Positions 29,652-38,986 of a DNA stretch of 64,000 nt are shown here, one piece after another (within the stretch, counting starts at the first letter, position 1; each line of letters begins with the position of its first letter). The position numbers and the translations under genes were made by a program. This DNA comes from Candidatus Woesearchaeota archaeon (lineage in GTDB: Archaea > Nanobdellota > Nanobdellia > SCGC-AAA011-G17 > PNOQ01): assembly GCA_964393215.1 (NCBI GenBank), contig CAYMSW010000001.1:7236-71235 (forward strand), in the 5' to 3' direction. Under the pieces are notes generated by a model that was not told where the DNA came from, did no database searches, and was given only the letters and a program-made list of their open reading frames with translations.

Positions 29652-29769
29652 GTATGTTAAATCAAACCATGATTTACAACAAAATTTTAAAGTTAAAAGT
29701 TTATAAACCTTTTTATTTTAACAAAAAACAAACAAAAAAGTTTTTAATTTGCAAAAAACAAACAAAAAC

Positions 29770-30180
29770 ATGCAATACAAATACATAAGTCACACAGCGG
29801 ATGCAAAATTTGTAGCTTTTGGTAGAAACATCGACGGTGTTTTCAAGAACTCTGCACTAGCAATGTTTAACATTTTAGGTCCAACTAACAAAGTAAAAGC
29901 AACAAAAACAAAGAAAATTAAACTAAAATCAAAAAGTTACGAACAACTGTTGTACGATTTCTTAGAAGAGTTGTTGTTTCTGTTAGACACTGAACGTTTT
30001 TTCTTAAACAAAGTAAAAGAAATTAAAATAACAAAAGAGTTTGAACTAAGCGCAACAGTTTTAGGCGATGATTGTAGAAACTATGAATTAAAAAGCGATA
30101 TAAAGGCAGTAACATACAGCGATATGGAAATAAAAAAGACAAAAACCGGCTACGAAGCAACAGTAGTTATTGATATTTAA
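29770..30180 (+). CDS. Archease (RtcB activator). An alternative ATG lies at 29749.
   Basis: Starts MQYKYISHTADAKF and has a C-terminal YEATVVIDI. Confidence 0.8.
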   Translation: MQYKYISHTADAKFVAFGRNIDGVFKNSALAMFNILGPTNKVKATKTKKIKLKSKSYEQLLYDFLEELLFLLDTERFFLNKVKEIKITKEFELSATVLGDDCRNYELKSDIKAVTYSDMEIKKTKTGYEATVVIDI

Positions 30181-31609
30181 GATGGAATCAACAAAGAAAA
30201 TAAGAAAAAATGTCTATCAAGTAGACAAAAAAGGATCAATGAATGTTCCTGTTAAGATCTTTGCATCAGAGAAACTTCTATCAAAAATGGAACAAGACGA
30301 TAGCATTAAACAGGGAATTAATGTTGCATGCATGCCCGGAATTCAGAAACAGAGTATCATGATGTCAGATGCACATCAAGGATATGGATTTCCCGTCGGT
30401 GGAGTAGCCGCTTTTGATGTAAAGAAAGGATGTATTTCTCCAGGAGGAATTGGATTTGACATCAATTGCGGAGTTAGGCTTTTAACAAGTAACTTAACAA
30501 AAGAAGAAGTTGAAAAAGAGATAGACAACGTCTTAACATCCTTATTTGCAAATATTCCATGTGGAGTTGGCAAAGAATCAAAACTAAGATTATCAGACAA
30601 AGATTTTGATGAAGTTCTAAACACAGGTCTAAGCTGGACATTAAAAAACAAATACGCAACAAAAGAAGATTTAGACAGATGTGAAGAAAATGGACATATG
30701 AAAACAGCGGATGCAACAAAAGTTAGCCCAAAAGCAAGAAAAAGAGGAAGAAAACAATTGGGAACATTGGGTGCAGGAAACCATTTCTTAGAGATACAAT
30801 ATGTAGATAAGATATTTGACAAAGAAACCGCAAAAGTTTTCGGAATAAACAAAGAAAACCAAATTGTAATAATGATTCATACTGGTTCAAGAGGACTTGG
30901 ACACCAAACTTGTTCAGACTACTTAAGAAAAATAGAAGATGCCTTCCCAGAGGTAGTTTCAAAACTTCCAGAAAAAGACCTAGCATATGCTCCAACAGAT
31001 TCTAAACTTGCAAAAGATTATTTGGGTGCAATGAGTGCAGCAGCAAACTTCGGTTGGTGCAATAGACAAATAATTACTTACCAAGCAAGAAAGGCGTTTA
31101 ACAAAGTATTTGGCAGTGCCAAACTAGATTTGATCTATGATGTTGCACACAATATTGCAAAGGTTGAAGAATACACAATCAAAGAAAAAAAAACAAAAGT
31201 TTACGTTCACAGAAAAGGAGCTACAAGAGCATTTGGACCAGGACATAAAGAAATACCAAAAGTTTACAGAAAAGTTGGCCAACCCATCTTAATTCCAGGT
31301 TCAATGGGAACCGCGTCATATATTTTAGTTGGAACAGATAAAGCAATGAACGAAACATTTTCAAGTACACCTCATGGCGCAGGAAGACTAATGTCAAGAC
31401 ATGAAGCCAATAAAAGATTTGGTTCAGAGAAAATAATGGGGGATTTAGAGAAAAACAAAATTTATATTAAGGCAGCATCAAGAAGAGGAATAACCGAAGA
31501 AGCTCCGGGAGCCTACAAGGACGTTGACGAAGTAATAAAAGTCGCAGATGAAGTAGGTATTGGAAAAAAAGTGGCAAGATTAAAACCGCTTGGAGTAATC
31601 AAAGGTTAG
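30170..31609 (+). CDS. rtcB: RtcB-family RNA 3'-phosphate / tRNA-splicing ligase.
   Basis: Motifs GIGFDINCGVRL, HTGSRGLGHQ, PHGAGR and NHFLEI. Confidence 0.9.
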   Translation: MIFKMESTKKIRKNVYQVDKKGSMNVPVKIFASEKLLSKMEQDDSIKQGINVACMPGIQKQSIMMSDAHQGYGFPVGGVAAFDVKKGCISPGGIGFDINCGVRLLTSNLTKEEVEKEIDNVLTSLFANIPCGVGKESKLRLSDKDFDEVLNTGLSWTLKNKYATKEDLDRCEENGHMKTADATKVSPKARKRGRKQLGTLGAGNHFLEIQYVDKIFDKETAKVFGINKENQIVIMIHTGSRGLGHQTCSDYLRKIEDAFPEVVSKLPEKDLAYAPTDSKLAKDYLGAMSAAANFGWCNRQIITYQARKAFNKVFGSAKLDLIYDVAHNIAKVEEYTIKEKKTKVYVHRKGATRAFGPGHKEIPKVYRKVGQPILIPGSMGTASYILVGTDKAMNETFSSTPHGAGRLMSRHEANKRFGSEKIMGDLEKNKIYIKAASRRGITEEAPGAYKDVDEVIKVADEVGIGKKVARLKPLGVIKG

Positions 31610-31680
31610 GGGCTTGTGGTGTAGTGGTATCACACAACGCTGGCAGCGTTGAGAACCGGGTCCGATTCCCGGCAGGTCCA
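31610..31680 (+). tRNA. tRNA-Ala (anticodon GGC).
   Basis: Anticodon arm caacg-ctGGCag-cgttg and T arm ccggg-tccgatt-cccgg. Acceptor gggcttg/caggtcc with a G3:U70 pair. The D arm is short (3 bp plus a U:U). Confidence 0.65.
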
Positions 31681-31688
31681 TATAAAAA

Positions 31689-32096
31689 ATGACAGACTGT
31701 ATATTTTGTAAAATAGCAAAAGGAGAAATTCCTGCAGAAAAAGTCTATGAAGACGAAGAAACAATAGCTTTCTTAGACATAGAACCGGTAGCAAAAGGAC
31801 ACACTTTAGTAATCCCAAAGAAACATTTTGAAACAATGGACGAAATGGACGAAGAAACTATGCTGACAACACAAAAAACAGTGCAAAAAATAGCTAAAGC
31901 ACTATTAAAATTCAACCAAGGGTACAATGTTAACCAAAATAACAAGCCAGAAGCAGGACAGATAGTGCCACACGTACACTATCATATTATCCCAAGAAAC
32001 AAAAATAAAGAACTACTTTTCACATGGCCAAAGATTAAAATATCAAAAGAAGAAATGGAAGAGGAAAAATCCAAGATAAAAAGCTTTTTAAAATAA
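31689..32096 (+). CDS. HIT-family (histidine triad) nucleotide hydrolase.
   Basis: PHVHYHIIPR matches HxHxHxx; N-terminal DCIFCKI. Confidence 0.8.
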   Translation: MTDCIFCKIAKGEIPAEKVYEDEETIAFLDIEPVAKGHTLVIPKKHFETMDEMDEETMLTTQKTVQKIAKALLKFNQGYNVNQNNKPEAGQIVPHVHYHIIPRNKNKELLFTWPKIKISKEEMEEEKSKIKSFLK

Positions 32097-32115
32097 AATT
32101 CTCACCCGATTCTAG

Positions 32116-32188
32116 GGCGCCTTAGTTCAGTGGTTAGAATGCTGCTCTCATGCGGCAGAGGTCCCCGGTTCAAATCCGGGAGGCGCCA
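32116..32188 (+). tRNA. tRNA with a CAU anticodon. G1:C72 points to elongator Met or a CAU-type Ile2 rather than an initiator.
   Basis: Acceptor ggcgcct/aggcgcc, anticodon arm ctgct-ctCATgc-ggcag, T arm cccgg-ttcaaat-ccggg. Confidence 0.7.
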
Positions 32189-33907
32189 CTATTCTTTCAT
32201 CAATTTATGCAAATACTTATAGTGCTTATCTTTCAATTTCTTTGCATATCCAGAATCTTTCAAAACTCTTTGTATAATCAAAGAAACCTTTTCACCGCCC
32301 AAAATGTGCGGAAGAATTACATAATCGGCACCTTTCTCATACAATTTATCTGCTTCATGAACGTGCTGAGCAGTCAACAAAACTTTAATTTTTGGATTAA
32401 TCTTCTTCACATAATCTAACAAGAATAAAGTATCTTCTTCATCAGGAACAGTAGATATTATGACCTTAACCTTTCTGAGATTTAACTTTTCCAAAACTTC
32501 AGTATTATTAATATCACCATAAATACAAGACTCTCCTCTTGATATCATATGTTTTATTATATCTGGATTGTTATCAACAACAATAGTGCTTCTCCTCATT
32601 CTCCTCAAAGTGTCATAGAAAATAGAACCCATCCTATGTTTACCAATTAAAACAACTGTTTTGGCATGACTCTTTGCGAGGTATTCCATTTTTCTATGCT
32701 TTAATTGAACCTTTTCAAAAAAAGTTAAAATTGGAGAAAAGATTCTATAAAAAACATTTTTGAACTCTAACAAATAAGAAGTCAAACCCATAGTAACAAT
32801 AGTCAAGAATATAATTATTGTAAACAACTCAGTGGAAATAAGTCCGAAAACAAAAGGCAAGGTTACCAAAATCAAAGAGAATTCACTAGTTTGACCCATA
32901 CTCAATCCAGTCAAGAAAGAAGTTCTCTTTTCATATCCAAATAAGTTTACAACTAAGAATATAATTATTGGCTTTACAAATATTATAATCAAGAACAAAA
33001 TTCCAAGAATCTTCCAATTCTGTGCAAATGAGAAAGGAGCAAGTTGCATACCTATTGCAACAAAGAATATTGTTGAAAAGAAGCTCTTCAACGGATTTAC
33101 CTTACCAATTATATCCATGTAATAAGGAAGATTAGATAGAGCAATACCGCCCAAGAAAGCACCAATGGCTATTGAAAAGTCAAGTAAATGAGCAACAATC
33201 GCAAACAAGAACAGGACAGTCAACGAAGACAAGAATAATAATTCCTTAGTTCTTGCTGCAAAACCAAAAATCCAAGGGAAAATAAACCTACCTGCCAAGA
33301 AAGCAATTACAAATAGAAGCAATCCTTTAGCCATCGCAATAGCAATAGTGGATAACTCAAAGTTTCCAAAGTTACTCAACATAGCCATTGCCAGAATTAC
33401 AACAATATCTTGAACAATCAATATTCCCAAGGCAATTTTACCGTGCAAAGTATCTAACTCATTCTTATCAGACAACAGCTTAATTACAATCATAGTACTG
33501 CTAAATGCTAAGAATAAACCAACAATCAGAGATTCAAAGTATGAGAAACCTAGCCAAGATGCAGTATAGAATCCTACAAAATAAACAGCAAGAACCTGTA
33601 TCAAACCGCCAACGCTTGCGACAGCACCAACATGTTTAAGCTTTGACAGATTAATTTCCAACCCAACTACGAACAATAAAAACGCAATACCAAATTCAGA
33701 TATAGCTCTAATCAACTCTTGATCTTCAATCAAACCAAAACCAATCGGACCCAAAATTAGACCAGTAACAATATATGCTGGAATAAGTGGTTGCTTCAAC
33801 AATCTAGCAAAATAAGCGATAATTGTGGCAAGAATTATCAAGAGTCCAATATCAACAAGAATGTTCTGGTTCAATATCGAAAAGATCTGCGAAAACTCCA
33901 TAGTCAC
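32189..33907 (-). CDS. CPA2 (Kef-type) cation/H+ antiporter with a C-terminal KTN/TrkA-N-like regulatory domain.
   Basis: About 12 TM helices of the Na+/H+ exchanger family, with a C-terminal Rossmann-like VVLIGKHRMG region. Confidence 0.7.
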   Translation of the reverse strand: MTMEFSQIFSILNQNILVDIGLLIILATIIAYFARLLKQPLIPAYIVTGLILGPIGFGLIEDQELIRAISEFGIAFLLFVVGLEINLSKLKHVGAVASVGGLIQVLAVYFVGFYTASWLGFSYFESLIVGLFLAFSSTMIVIKLLSDKNELDTLHGKIALGILIVQDIVVILAMAMLSNFGNFELSTIAIAMAKGLLLFVIAFLAGRFIFPWIFGFAARTKELLFLSSLTVLFLFAIVAHLLDFSIAIGAFLGGIALSNLPYYMDIIGKVNPLKSFFSTIFFVAIGMQLAPFSFAQNWKILGILFLIIIFVKPIIIFLVVNLFGYEKRTSFLTGLSMGQTSEFSLILVTLPFVFGLISTELFTIIIFLTIVTMGLTSYLLEFKNVFYRIFSPILTFFEKVQLKHRKMEYLAKSHAKTVVLIGKHRMGSIFYDTLRRMRRSTIVVDNNPDIIKHMISRGESCIYGDINNTEVLEKLNLRKVKVIISTVPDEEDTLFLLDYVKKINPKIKVLLTAQHVHEADKLYEKGADYVILPHILGGEKVSLIIQRVLKDSGYAKKLKDKHYKYLHKLMKE

Positions 33908-33987
33908 CTCTACATCATTTTTAAATTATTTGTTATTTAAAGGTTTCTTTGAGATAGATTATTAAATTCAGACAACCAAACAAAAAT

Positions 33988-34299
33988 ATGAAATCATTCA
34001 ACGAAAAATGCTATGAATTACTTAAGAAAGTTCCCAAAGGAAAAATAACAACTTACAAAGAAATAGCAAATGCATTGAACACAAAAGCCTACAGGGCAGT
34101 TGGGAATGCAATGAACAAAAACCCATATGCACCAGAAGTTCCATGTCACAGAGTTATCAACGCAAATGGTTCTTTAGGAGGATTCGCATCGGGATTAAAA
34201 AATAAAATAAAAATTCTAAAAGAAGAAGGTGTAGAAATAAAAGAAAATAAGATAAATCTAGACAAATATCTTTACAAGTTTACTTCTTCCCCAAAGTAA
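33988..34299 (+). CDS. ogt: Methylated-DNA--protein-cysteine methyltransferase: the C-terminal (active-site) domain only.
   Basis: VPCHRVI active-site motif; 103 aa with no N-terminal domain. Confidence 0.7.
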   Translation: MKSFNEKCYELLKKVPKGKITTYKEIANALNTKAYRAVGNAMNKNPYAPEVPCHRVINANGSLGGFASGLKNKIKILKEEGVEIKENKINLDKYLYKFTSSPK

Positions 34300-34621
34300 T
34301 CTCAATAGTTGATACTCTAACTTGTTTTCCCTCTTTGTTCTTGAACTCTTCACTGCCTATATCAATCTTACTAATCTCACAAGTGTTCTCTAAAAATCTC
34401 CTAGTAGCTACTTCAGCGACATCTACAGCCCTAGAAATAAACTTTCCTCTTGCCTTAACAACAATTTCATTGGCATTCTGGGTCGTAAACTGCATAACAA
34501 CACCCGTAACATAGTTCATAAACGGCTTACCGCCAATAAAAACCACATTATCATCGCTGTTACGTTTTTGTACTTCTCGCCTTGCATCTGGTTGCTGAGT
34601 CGTGTCTTCTGCCATATTCAT
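34280..34621 (-). CDS. albA: Alba DNA/RNA-binding protein.
   Basis: Motifs NVVFIGGKPFMNYV and VVKARGKFISRAVDVAEV. Confidence 0.8.
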   Translation of the reverse strand: MNMAEDTTQQPDARREVQKRNSDDNVVFIGGKPFMNYVTGVVMQFTTQNANEIVVKARGKFISRAVDVAEVATRRFLENTCEISKIDIGSEEFKNKEGKQVRVSTIEITLGKK

Positions 34622-34639
34622 TACCTCCGTAAAAAATGA

Positions 34640-34831
34640 TTATGATTTCTGTTGCCTTGCCAGTCTAGTCATATATCCGGCTATAATATTCCTTAGTTTC
34701 TTAGATCTAACTTCTACCAACTCTTCAACTACTTTCTTATTATCTGAGAAATTACTCTTAAATTTATCTGGATTATCTCTAAATAGCTTCAGAGTTACCC
34801 TTTTGATCATTGTAGTCTTGATTCTTCCCAT
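34640..34831 (-). CDS. rps17e: 30S ribosomal protein S17e.
   Basis: MGRIKTT...KKLRNIIAGYMTR. Confidence 0.8.
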   Translation of the reverse strand: MGRIKTTMIKRVTLKLFRDNPDKFKSNFSDNKKVVEELVEVRSKKLRNIIAGYMTRLARQQKS

Positions 34832-34863
34832 GCCATAGGCTTACGAGAGGCTATTTATAAAAG

Positions 34864-36093
34864 TTACTTTTTACGGCGTTTATACATGAAAATTGCGTAA
34901 TTTGCGGGATTTTTGAACTTCTTCATAATGTGTTCTGGGTCAGGAATGCCCAAATCATCATAATAACCACTATTATCATAGTTTGGAGGAAGTATTTTCT
35001 CTCTCTGCCTTTTATGCCAGTTTAATTGAGACAATATATAACCTTCTTTCAAAGGTTCGGGATTTTGATCATTCCACTTTCTAACTAATTTTTCAATATC
35101 TTCAAAACCCCAACCAACAGTTTTCAAAAAATTCAATAAAATGAACAAAAATCTCTTTTTTCCATCTTCTAAACCTTCTAAACCTTTTTTTATGCTTTCG
35201 GGGAAGAATTCCTCAGGAACTTTATCAGTAAATTCCTCATATTTTTTTGCCGCACCAGTAGTTTCCAAATGCTCTTCTCTCCTAACTTCTCTCTCTTTTT
35301 TTCGATAATGCCAATCAAAGGCCTGCATCATAAGATTAGTTGCATCTTTCTCAATTATTTTATCTCTATTTTCCAAAAATTCAACATCAAATTTTACTGT
35401 TTCTGGATTGGCCAAACTTTTATCAAAACCCAATATATTTTCTGGCTTTATTGGCAAGCTAACTAAACCACTCTTTTCATGCATAGAATAGGGAGCCCTA
35501 TACATATGTCTGCTAGATATCAAAACAGTATCAATCTTTAGAGCTTCATCAACCCTCTCCTCAAATTTCTCAATCAAATGTTTCTTTATTATGCTAATTA
35601 AATACTCAGTTATTATTTTAGGTCCATCAGGAAACTGATCTTTTATCAAAATATCATTGACTTCAACAGGAAATGCTTCAAAAGGAACAACAATATGGAA
35701 ACCTTTGTTTCCGGAATACTTCACAAATATGCTTTTTACATCATTAAATTTCAAAGCCTCAACAAGAAAGTGTGAAACTACCTTTGAATCTTCTAAATCA
35801 GGACTATCAACATCAAGAACAAGATCCCAGCCAGCCCTCAAATTATCTAACTTCTTCTTAGGCATTCCCGGTTCCAAAGACAAAGGATCAGACCATCTTT
35901 CCTCGGAAATATGAAACGAAGTGCCACCATCTTTGGCAAAATCCAACACCTCTCCATCATATTGAATTATATTTGGCCGTCTAGCGAACCTATCTAAACC
36001 CAATTGCACGCCAACCTCTCTATCTTTACAGTTCGCTGCAATTCCTCTTTGCACATCCAATCTAGAGTAATACTTCAAAAAATTTACTTCCAT
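34864..36093 (-). CDS. priS: DNA primase small (catalytic) subunit PriS with an extra C-terminal helical domain of about 110 aa. The start was set at the internal Met MEVNF.
   Basis: Catalytic DLVLDVDSPD and FVKYSGNKGFHIVVP motifs. The C-terminal tail has no Cys. Confidence 0.75.
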   Translation of the reverse strand: MEVNFLKYYSRLDVQRGIAANCKDREVGVQLGLDRFARRPNIIQYDGEVLDFAKDGGTSFHISEERWSDPLSLEPGMPKKKLDNLRAGWDLVLDVDSPDLEDSKVVSHFLVEALKFNDVKSIFVKYSGNKGFHIVVPFEAFPVEVNDILIKDQFPDGPKIITEYLISIIKKHLIEKFEERVDEALKIDTVLISSRHMYRAPYSMHEKSGLVSLPIKPENILGFDKSLANPETVKFDVEFLENRDKIIEKDATNLMMQAFDWHYRKKEREVRREEHLETTGAAKKYEEFTDKVPEEFFPESIKKGLEGLEDGKKRFLFILLNFLKTVGWGFEDIEKLVRKWNDQNPEPLKEGYILSQLNWHKRQREKILPPNYDNSGYYDDLGIPDPEHIMKKFKNPANYAIFMYKRRKK

Positions 36094-36130
36094 AAAAAAA
36101 GGAAACGCCCTATGTCTTAAATATATTTGG

Positions 36131-36508
36131 TTACTGAGAAACAAGCTGGGATTCTATCTTTTGGACTTCAGAATTCATCTCAACAGAGATTTTCTTCAAC
36201 TCAGTTATCTGATTACCAATAATATTAACTGCGGATTTGAAATCTTTTTTAACAAGAATACCTGCACCAACATTCATTAGAACATCTTTTGGTTTCTTTA
36301 TCTCAGACTCTAAAAAAACTCCGCTTCCAAATGGAACAAAAGATTTTTTATCATCCATATCTTCCAAACCGCCAAGGCCTTCTTTTAATCCTTCTAATTC
36401 AACTATTTGTTGAGATATTGCATCAATTTGACTCTTAAGATTGTTCAAATTATGACTCATGAGCTGCATTTCAAGAGCTTGCAACTGCTCTTTATCTAAT
36501 CCTTTCAT
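36131..36508 (-). CDS. Prefoldin subunit (beta-type by size).
   Basis: Coiled-coil, beta-hairpin, coiled-coil architecture; 125 aa. Confidence 0.65.
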   Translation of the reverse strand: MKGLDKEQLQALEMQLMSHNLNNLKSQIDAISQQIVELEGLKEGLGGLEDMDDKKSFVPFGSGVFLESEIKKPKDVLMNVGAGILVKKDFKSAVNIIGNQITELKKISVEMNSEVQKIESQLVSQ

Positions 36509-36813
36509 TTTTTCTTTTTCTCTTTAGTTTCAACTTTCTTCTTAGGCGGGCTTCTCTTAACTTTCTTTTTCTCAACAACTTTCATTTTAGAAGTAGCCAT
36601 AGCTTTACGAACATCTGTTGTAGTCGCACCTTTTTTTATTTTAAGAACATCCTTCAATGGTTCCAAATGTTTAACATTACATTTCTTTCTTCTAACATTC
36701 CCATCTATTAGAACAAAACCATCTTTCATAACATCAACAACTACTGCAGTCTGTCCAGCATCCCTTCCAGCAATTTTGACACAAACTCTTCCAACTTCAA
36801 ACATTTTACTCAA
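36505..36813 (-). CDS. rpl14e: 50S ribosomal protein L14e.
   Basis: KOW-like EVGRVCVKIAGRDAGQTAVVVDV. Confidence 0.8.
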   Translation of the reverse strand: MSKMFEVGRVCVKIAGRDAGQTAVVVDVMKDGFVLIDGNVRRKKCNVKHLEPLKDVLKIKKGATTTDVRKAMATSKMKVVEKKKVKRSPPKKKVETKEKKKK

Positions 36814-37069
36814 TTTGCTCCTTTATCTTTTTCCTACTACAAGCAGAACACAATACTCCACCATACGGCCTAGAAGGTCTTTTCTTTGTTTTTGACAAGC
36901 TCTTAAACTTTGATTGTATTAATTTTGGAATTCCTTGCAAAGGTTTCTTACAAGAGCTACACTTCCTTATGCTCAAACTTCTTTTTTTATAATGAACGAC
37001 ATTCTTCCCACTAGGTGTTTTCACAAACACTCTTCTTAACGTTCTTGATTTATGTTTTCCTGCTGGCAT
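36806..37069 (-). CDS. rpl34e: 50S ribosomal protein L34e.
   Basis: Four Cys (CSSC ... CSAC) and a basic sequence matching L34e. Confidence 0.8.
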   Translation of the reverse strand: MPAGKHKSRTLRRVFVKTPSGKNVVHYKKRSLSIRKCSSCKKPLQGIPKLIQSKFKSLSKTKKRPSRPYGGVLCSACSRKKIKEQIE

Positions 37070-37070
37070 T

Positions 37071-37511
37071 TTAGTGTACCTTCATAAATTTTCTCAATGC
37101 TATGCTGAAGATTATGGAAAATATAATATATATCCATAACCAACTGTCTATCCATAGGAATTTAACTACTTCCTCGGCATATACACTTCTCAACCATCCA
37201 AAGATGATTATAAGTGGAATAAAGGTGATAAGCATCGGTTTAAAAGAGTTTTTCATTTGAATCATTGACTTATCCATGGACTTTTTTTGTAGTTCCATGA
37301 CTTTCTCAGGATTATCTTTAAACTCTTTCATCTCCTTTCTTATTTCTTTCATCTCTGCTTTAACAGACTTCATCAGATCTTGATCGGTCATAAACTTGTA
37401 AGCCAATGTAATCAGAAGAGTCAAAACAAAAGATATGAAAATTAATCCTCCAAGGGGGTCAGCTTCTATAGCCCATCCAAAAACACTATTGAAAAAATTG
37501 TCGAATACCAT
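37071..37511 (-). CDS. DUF106-family (archaeal Oxa1/YidC/EMC3-like) membrane insertase homolog.
   Basis: Three TM helices, a coiled-coil loop, and a position in the SecY cluster. Confidence 0.6.
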   Translation of the reverse strand: MVFDNFFNSVFGWAIEADPLGGLIFISFVLTLLITLAYKFMTDQDLMKSVKAEMKEIRKEMKEFKDNPEKVMELQKKSMDKSMIQMKNSFKPMLITFIPLIIIFGWLRSVYAEEVVKFLWIDSWLWIYIIFSIIFSIALRKFMKVH

Positions 37512-37543
37512 TCTTTAACTTTCAGCAATATTCTTTTTAAGCC

Positions 37544-38986
37544 TTACTCTCCCCCCATCATTTTTCTCAAAGCAGGATTCATATCCATCATATGCTGTTG
37601 AGCAATATCTTCATATAACCTATAAATAATCATAACAGCTAACAAGATACCAGTTCCTCTAGACAACGCACCAGTAAGATCTGCAGTAGCTGCTAAAATA
37701 CCAACTGCCGCACCACCCATAACCGTCAAAGGAGTAATGTATCTCTTCAAAACACTCTCTAAAACTCTTGGGTCTCTTCTAAAGCCAGGCATTTGCAATC
37801 CAGAAGATAATATTTGTTTAGCCTGTGACTTTGCATCCATTCCAGATGTTTGTACCCAGAAAATAGAGAACACAACTGCTCCAAGAACCATGAAAGACAT
37901 GTAAGACAATGCTTGAAGTATAGGAGTAACTCCCCAAACTCCAGATCTCATCCCACTCATTACATACTCAACTAAGTTAGGAGAGTATGTCCAATAAACT
38001 AAACCTGAAATAGGAACCTGTCCAGAAAACTGTCCAAATATATGTTGTGAAATCCAAGCCATAGCCCCGGTTTCACCAACTCTGTTCTGGAATAACCTTG
38101 CCCACAATTGAACGTTAGCCAACAAAGCAGCAACCAAAATAACTGGAATGTTAGATGTATAAATAAATTTCAAAGGCCATCTCATTCCATGACCTCTAAT
38201 TCTTCCAAAAGATAATGGAATCTCAACTTTCATAGCCTGAGCATAAACAGACATAACAAAAACAACAACGGTAAATAATATTGCAAAGAAAGGCATGGCT
38301 GCTCCCCAAATATCTGCATTCATCAAAGATCTAAAGAATACCCAAACTGCACCAACAGGTGGCAAACCAGAACCAAAAGCAAGTTTACCTGCAGTACTCA
38401 ATGGAGAAAATGCTCTAATAAATATCTCTTGCGAAACTCCTGCCGCAATAAATAAACTAACACCAGAACCAAAGCCCCATTTAGATACAACTTCGTCCAT
38501 AAATAAAATTAAAAATCCACCAAGGACTAACTGAAAAGCTAAAACGAACTGCATTGTCCTATACAAAGAAGGAGCTAATGTTGCAAGTGGTGCCAAACCA
38601 CCCATGAATACATAAATAAAAGCTTCAAATACTATGAAAAAGATTGCAAGTAATTTTTGCAAACCTTGGAAGTATTTCTTACCTTCTGCAGTTGTCAAAT
38701 CAATATTTAATATACCTGATCCAGTCAAAAGCTGCAAAACAATAGATGCAGTAACAATTGGACCAATACCCAAAGACATAATGGAACCAAAGCTTGCTCC
38801 AAGAATAATGGATAACTGTTCAAATTGAGCTAAAGAGTTTTGACCCAAACCAAACAAAGGAATCATAGAAAGAATAAAGAATGAAAACAAAATTATTCCA
38901 GTCCACTTCAATTTTTCTTTAAAGGACAATCTTTGAGTTGGACCTCTAACTTCTGGCAGATTGGCCATCAAGGTTTTTAGGAACAT
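37544..38986 (-). CDS. secY: Preprotein translocase subunit SecY.
   Basis: 480 aa, 10 TM helices, with a typical SecY N-terminus. Confidence 0.9.
   Translation of the reverse strand: MFLKTLMANLPEVRGPTQRLSFKEKLKWTGIILFSFFILSMIPLFGLGQNSLAQFEQLSIILGASFGSIMSLGIGPIVTASIVLQLLTGSGILNIDLTTAEGKKYFQGLQKLLAIFFIVFEAFIYVFMGGLAPLATLAPSLYRTMQFVLAFQLVLGGFLILFMDEVVSKWGFGSGVSLFIAAGVSQEIFIRAFSPLSTAGKLAFGSGLPPVGAVWVFFRSLMNADIWGAAMPFFAILFTVVVFVMSVYAQAMKVEIPLSFGRIRGHGMRWPLKFIYTSNIPVILVAALLANVQLWARLFQNRVGETGAMAWISQHIFGQFSGQVPISGLVYWTYSPNLVEYVMSGMRSGVWGVTPILQALSYMSFMVLGAVVFSIFWVQTSGMDAKSQAKQILSSGLQMPGFRRDPRVLESVLKRYITPLTVMGGAAVGILAATADLTGALSRGTGILLAVMIIYRLYEDIAQQHMMDMNPALRKMMGGE

Noticed and set aside
29749-29769. 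Upstream ATG for archease (MQKTNKNMQYK...).
   Set aside because: It lies inside the A-rich 19-mer repeat. The archease family conserved N-terminus begins at MQYKYISHTAD (29770).
31607-31680. Alternative tRNA-Ala fold using a 4-bp D stem gtgg/tcac.
   Set aside because: That fold forces the acceptor 5' strand to be taggggc, which cannot pair with the 3' strand caggtcc. The gggcttg/caggtcc acceptor with G3:U70 and a shorter D arm is the only consistent fold.
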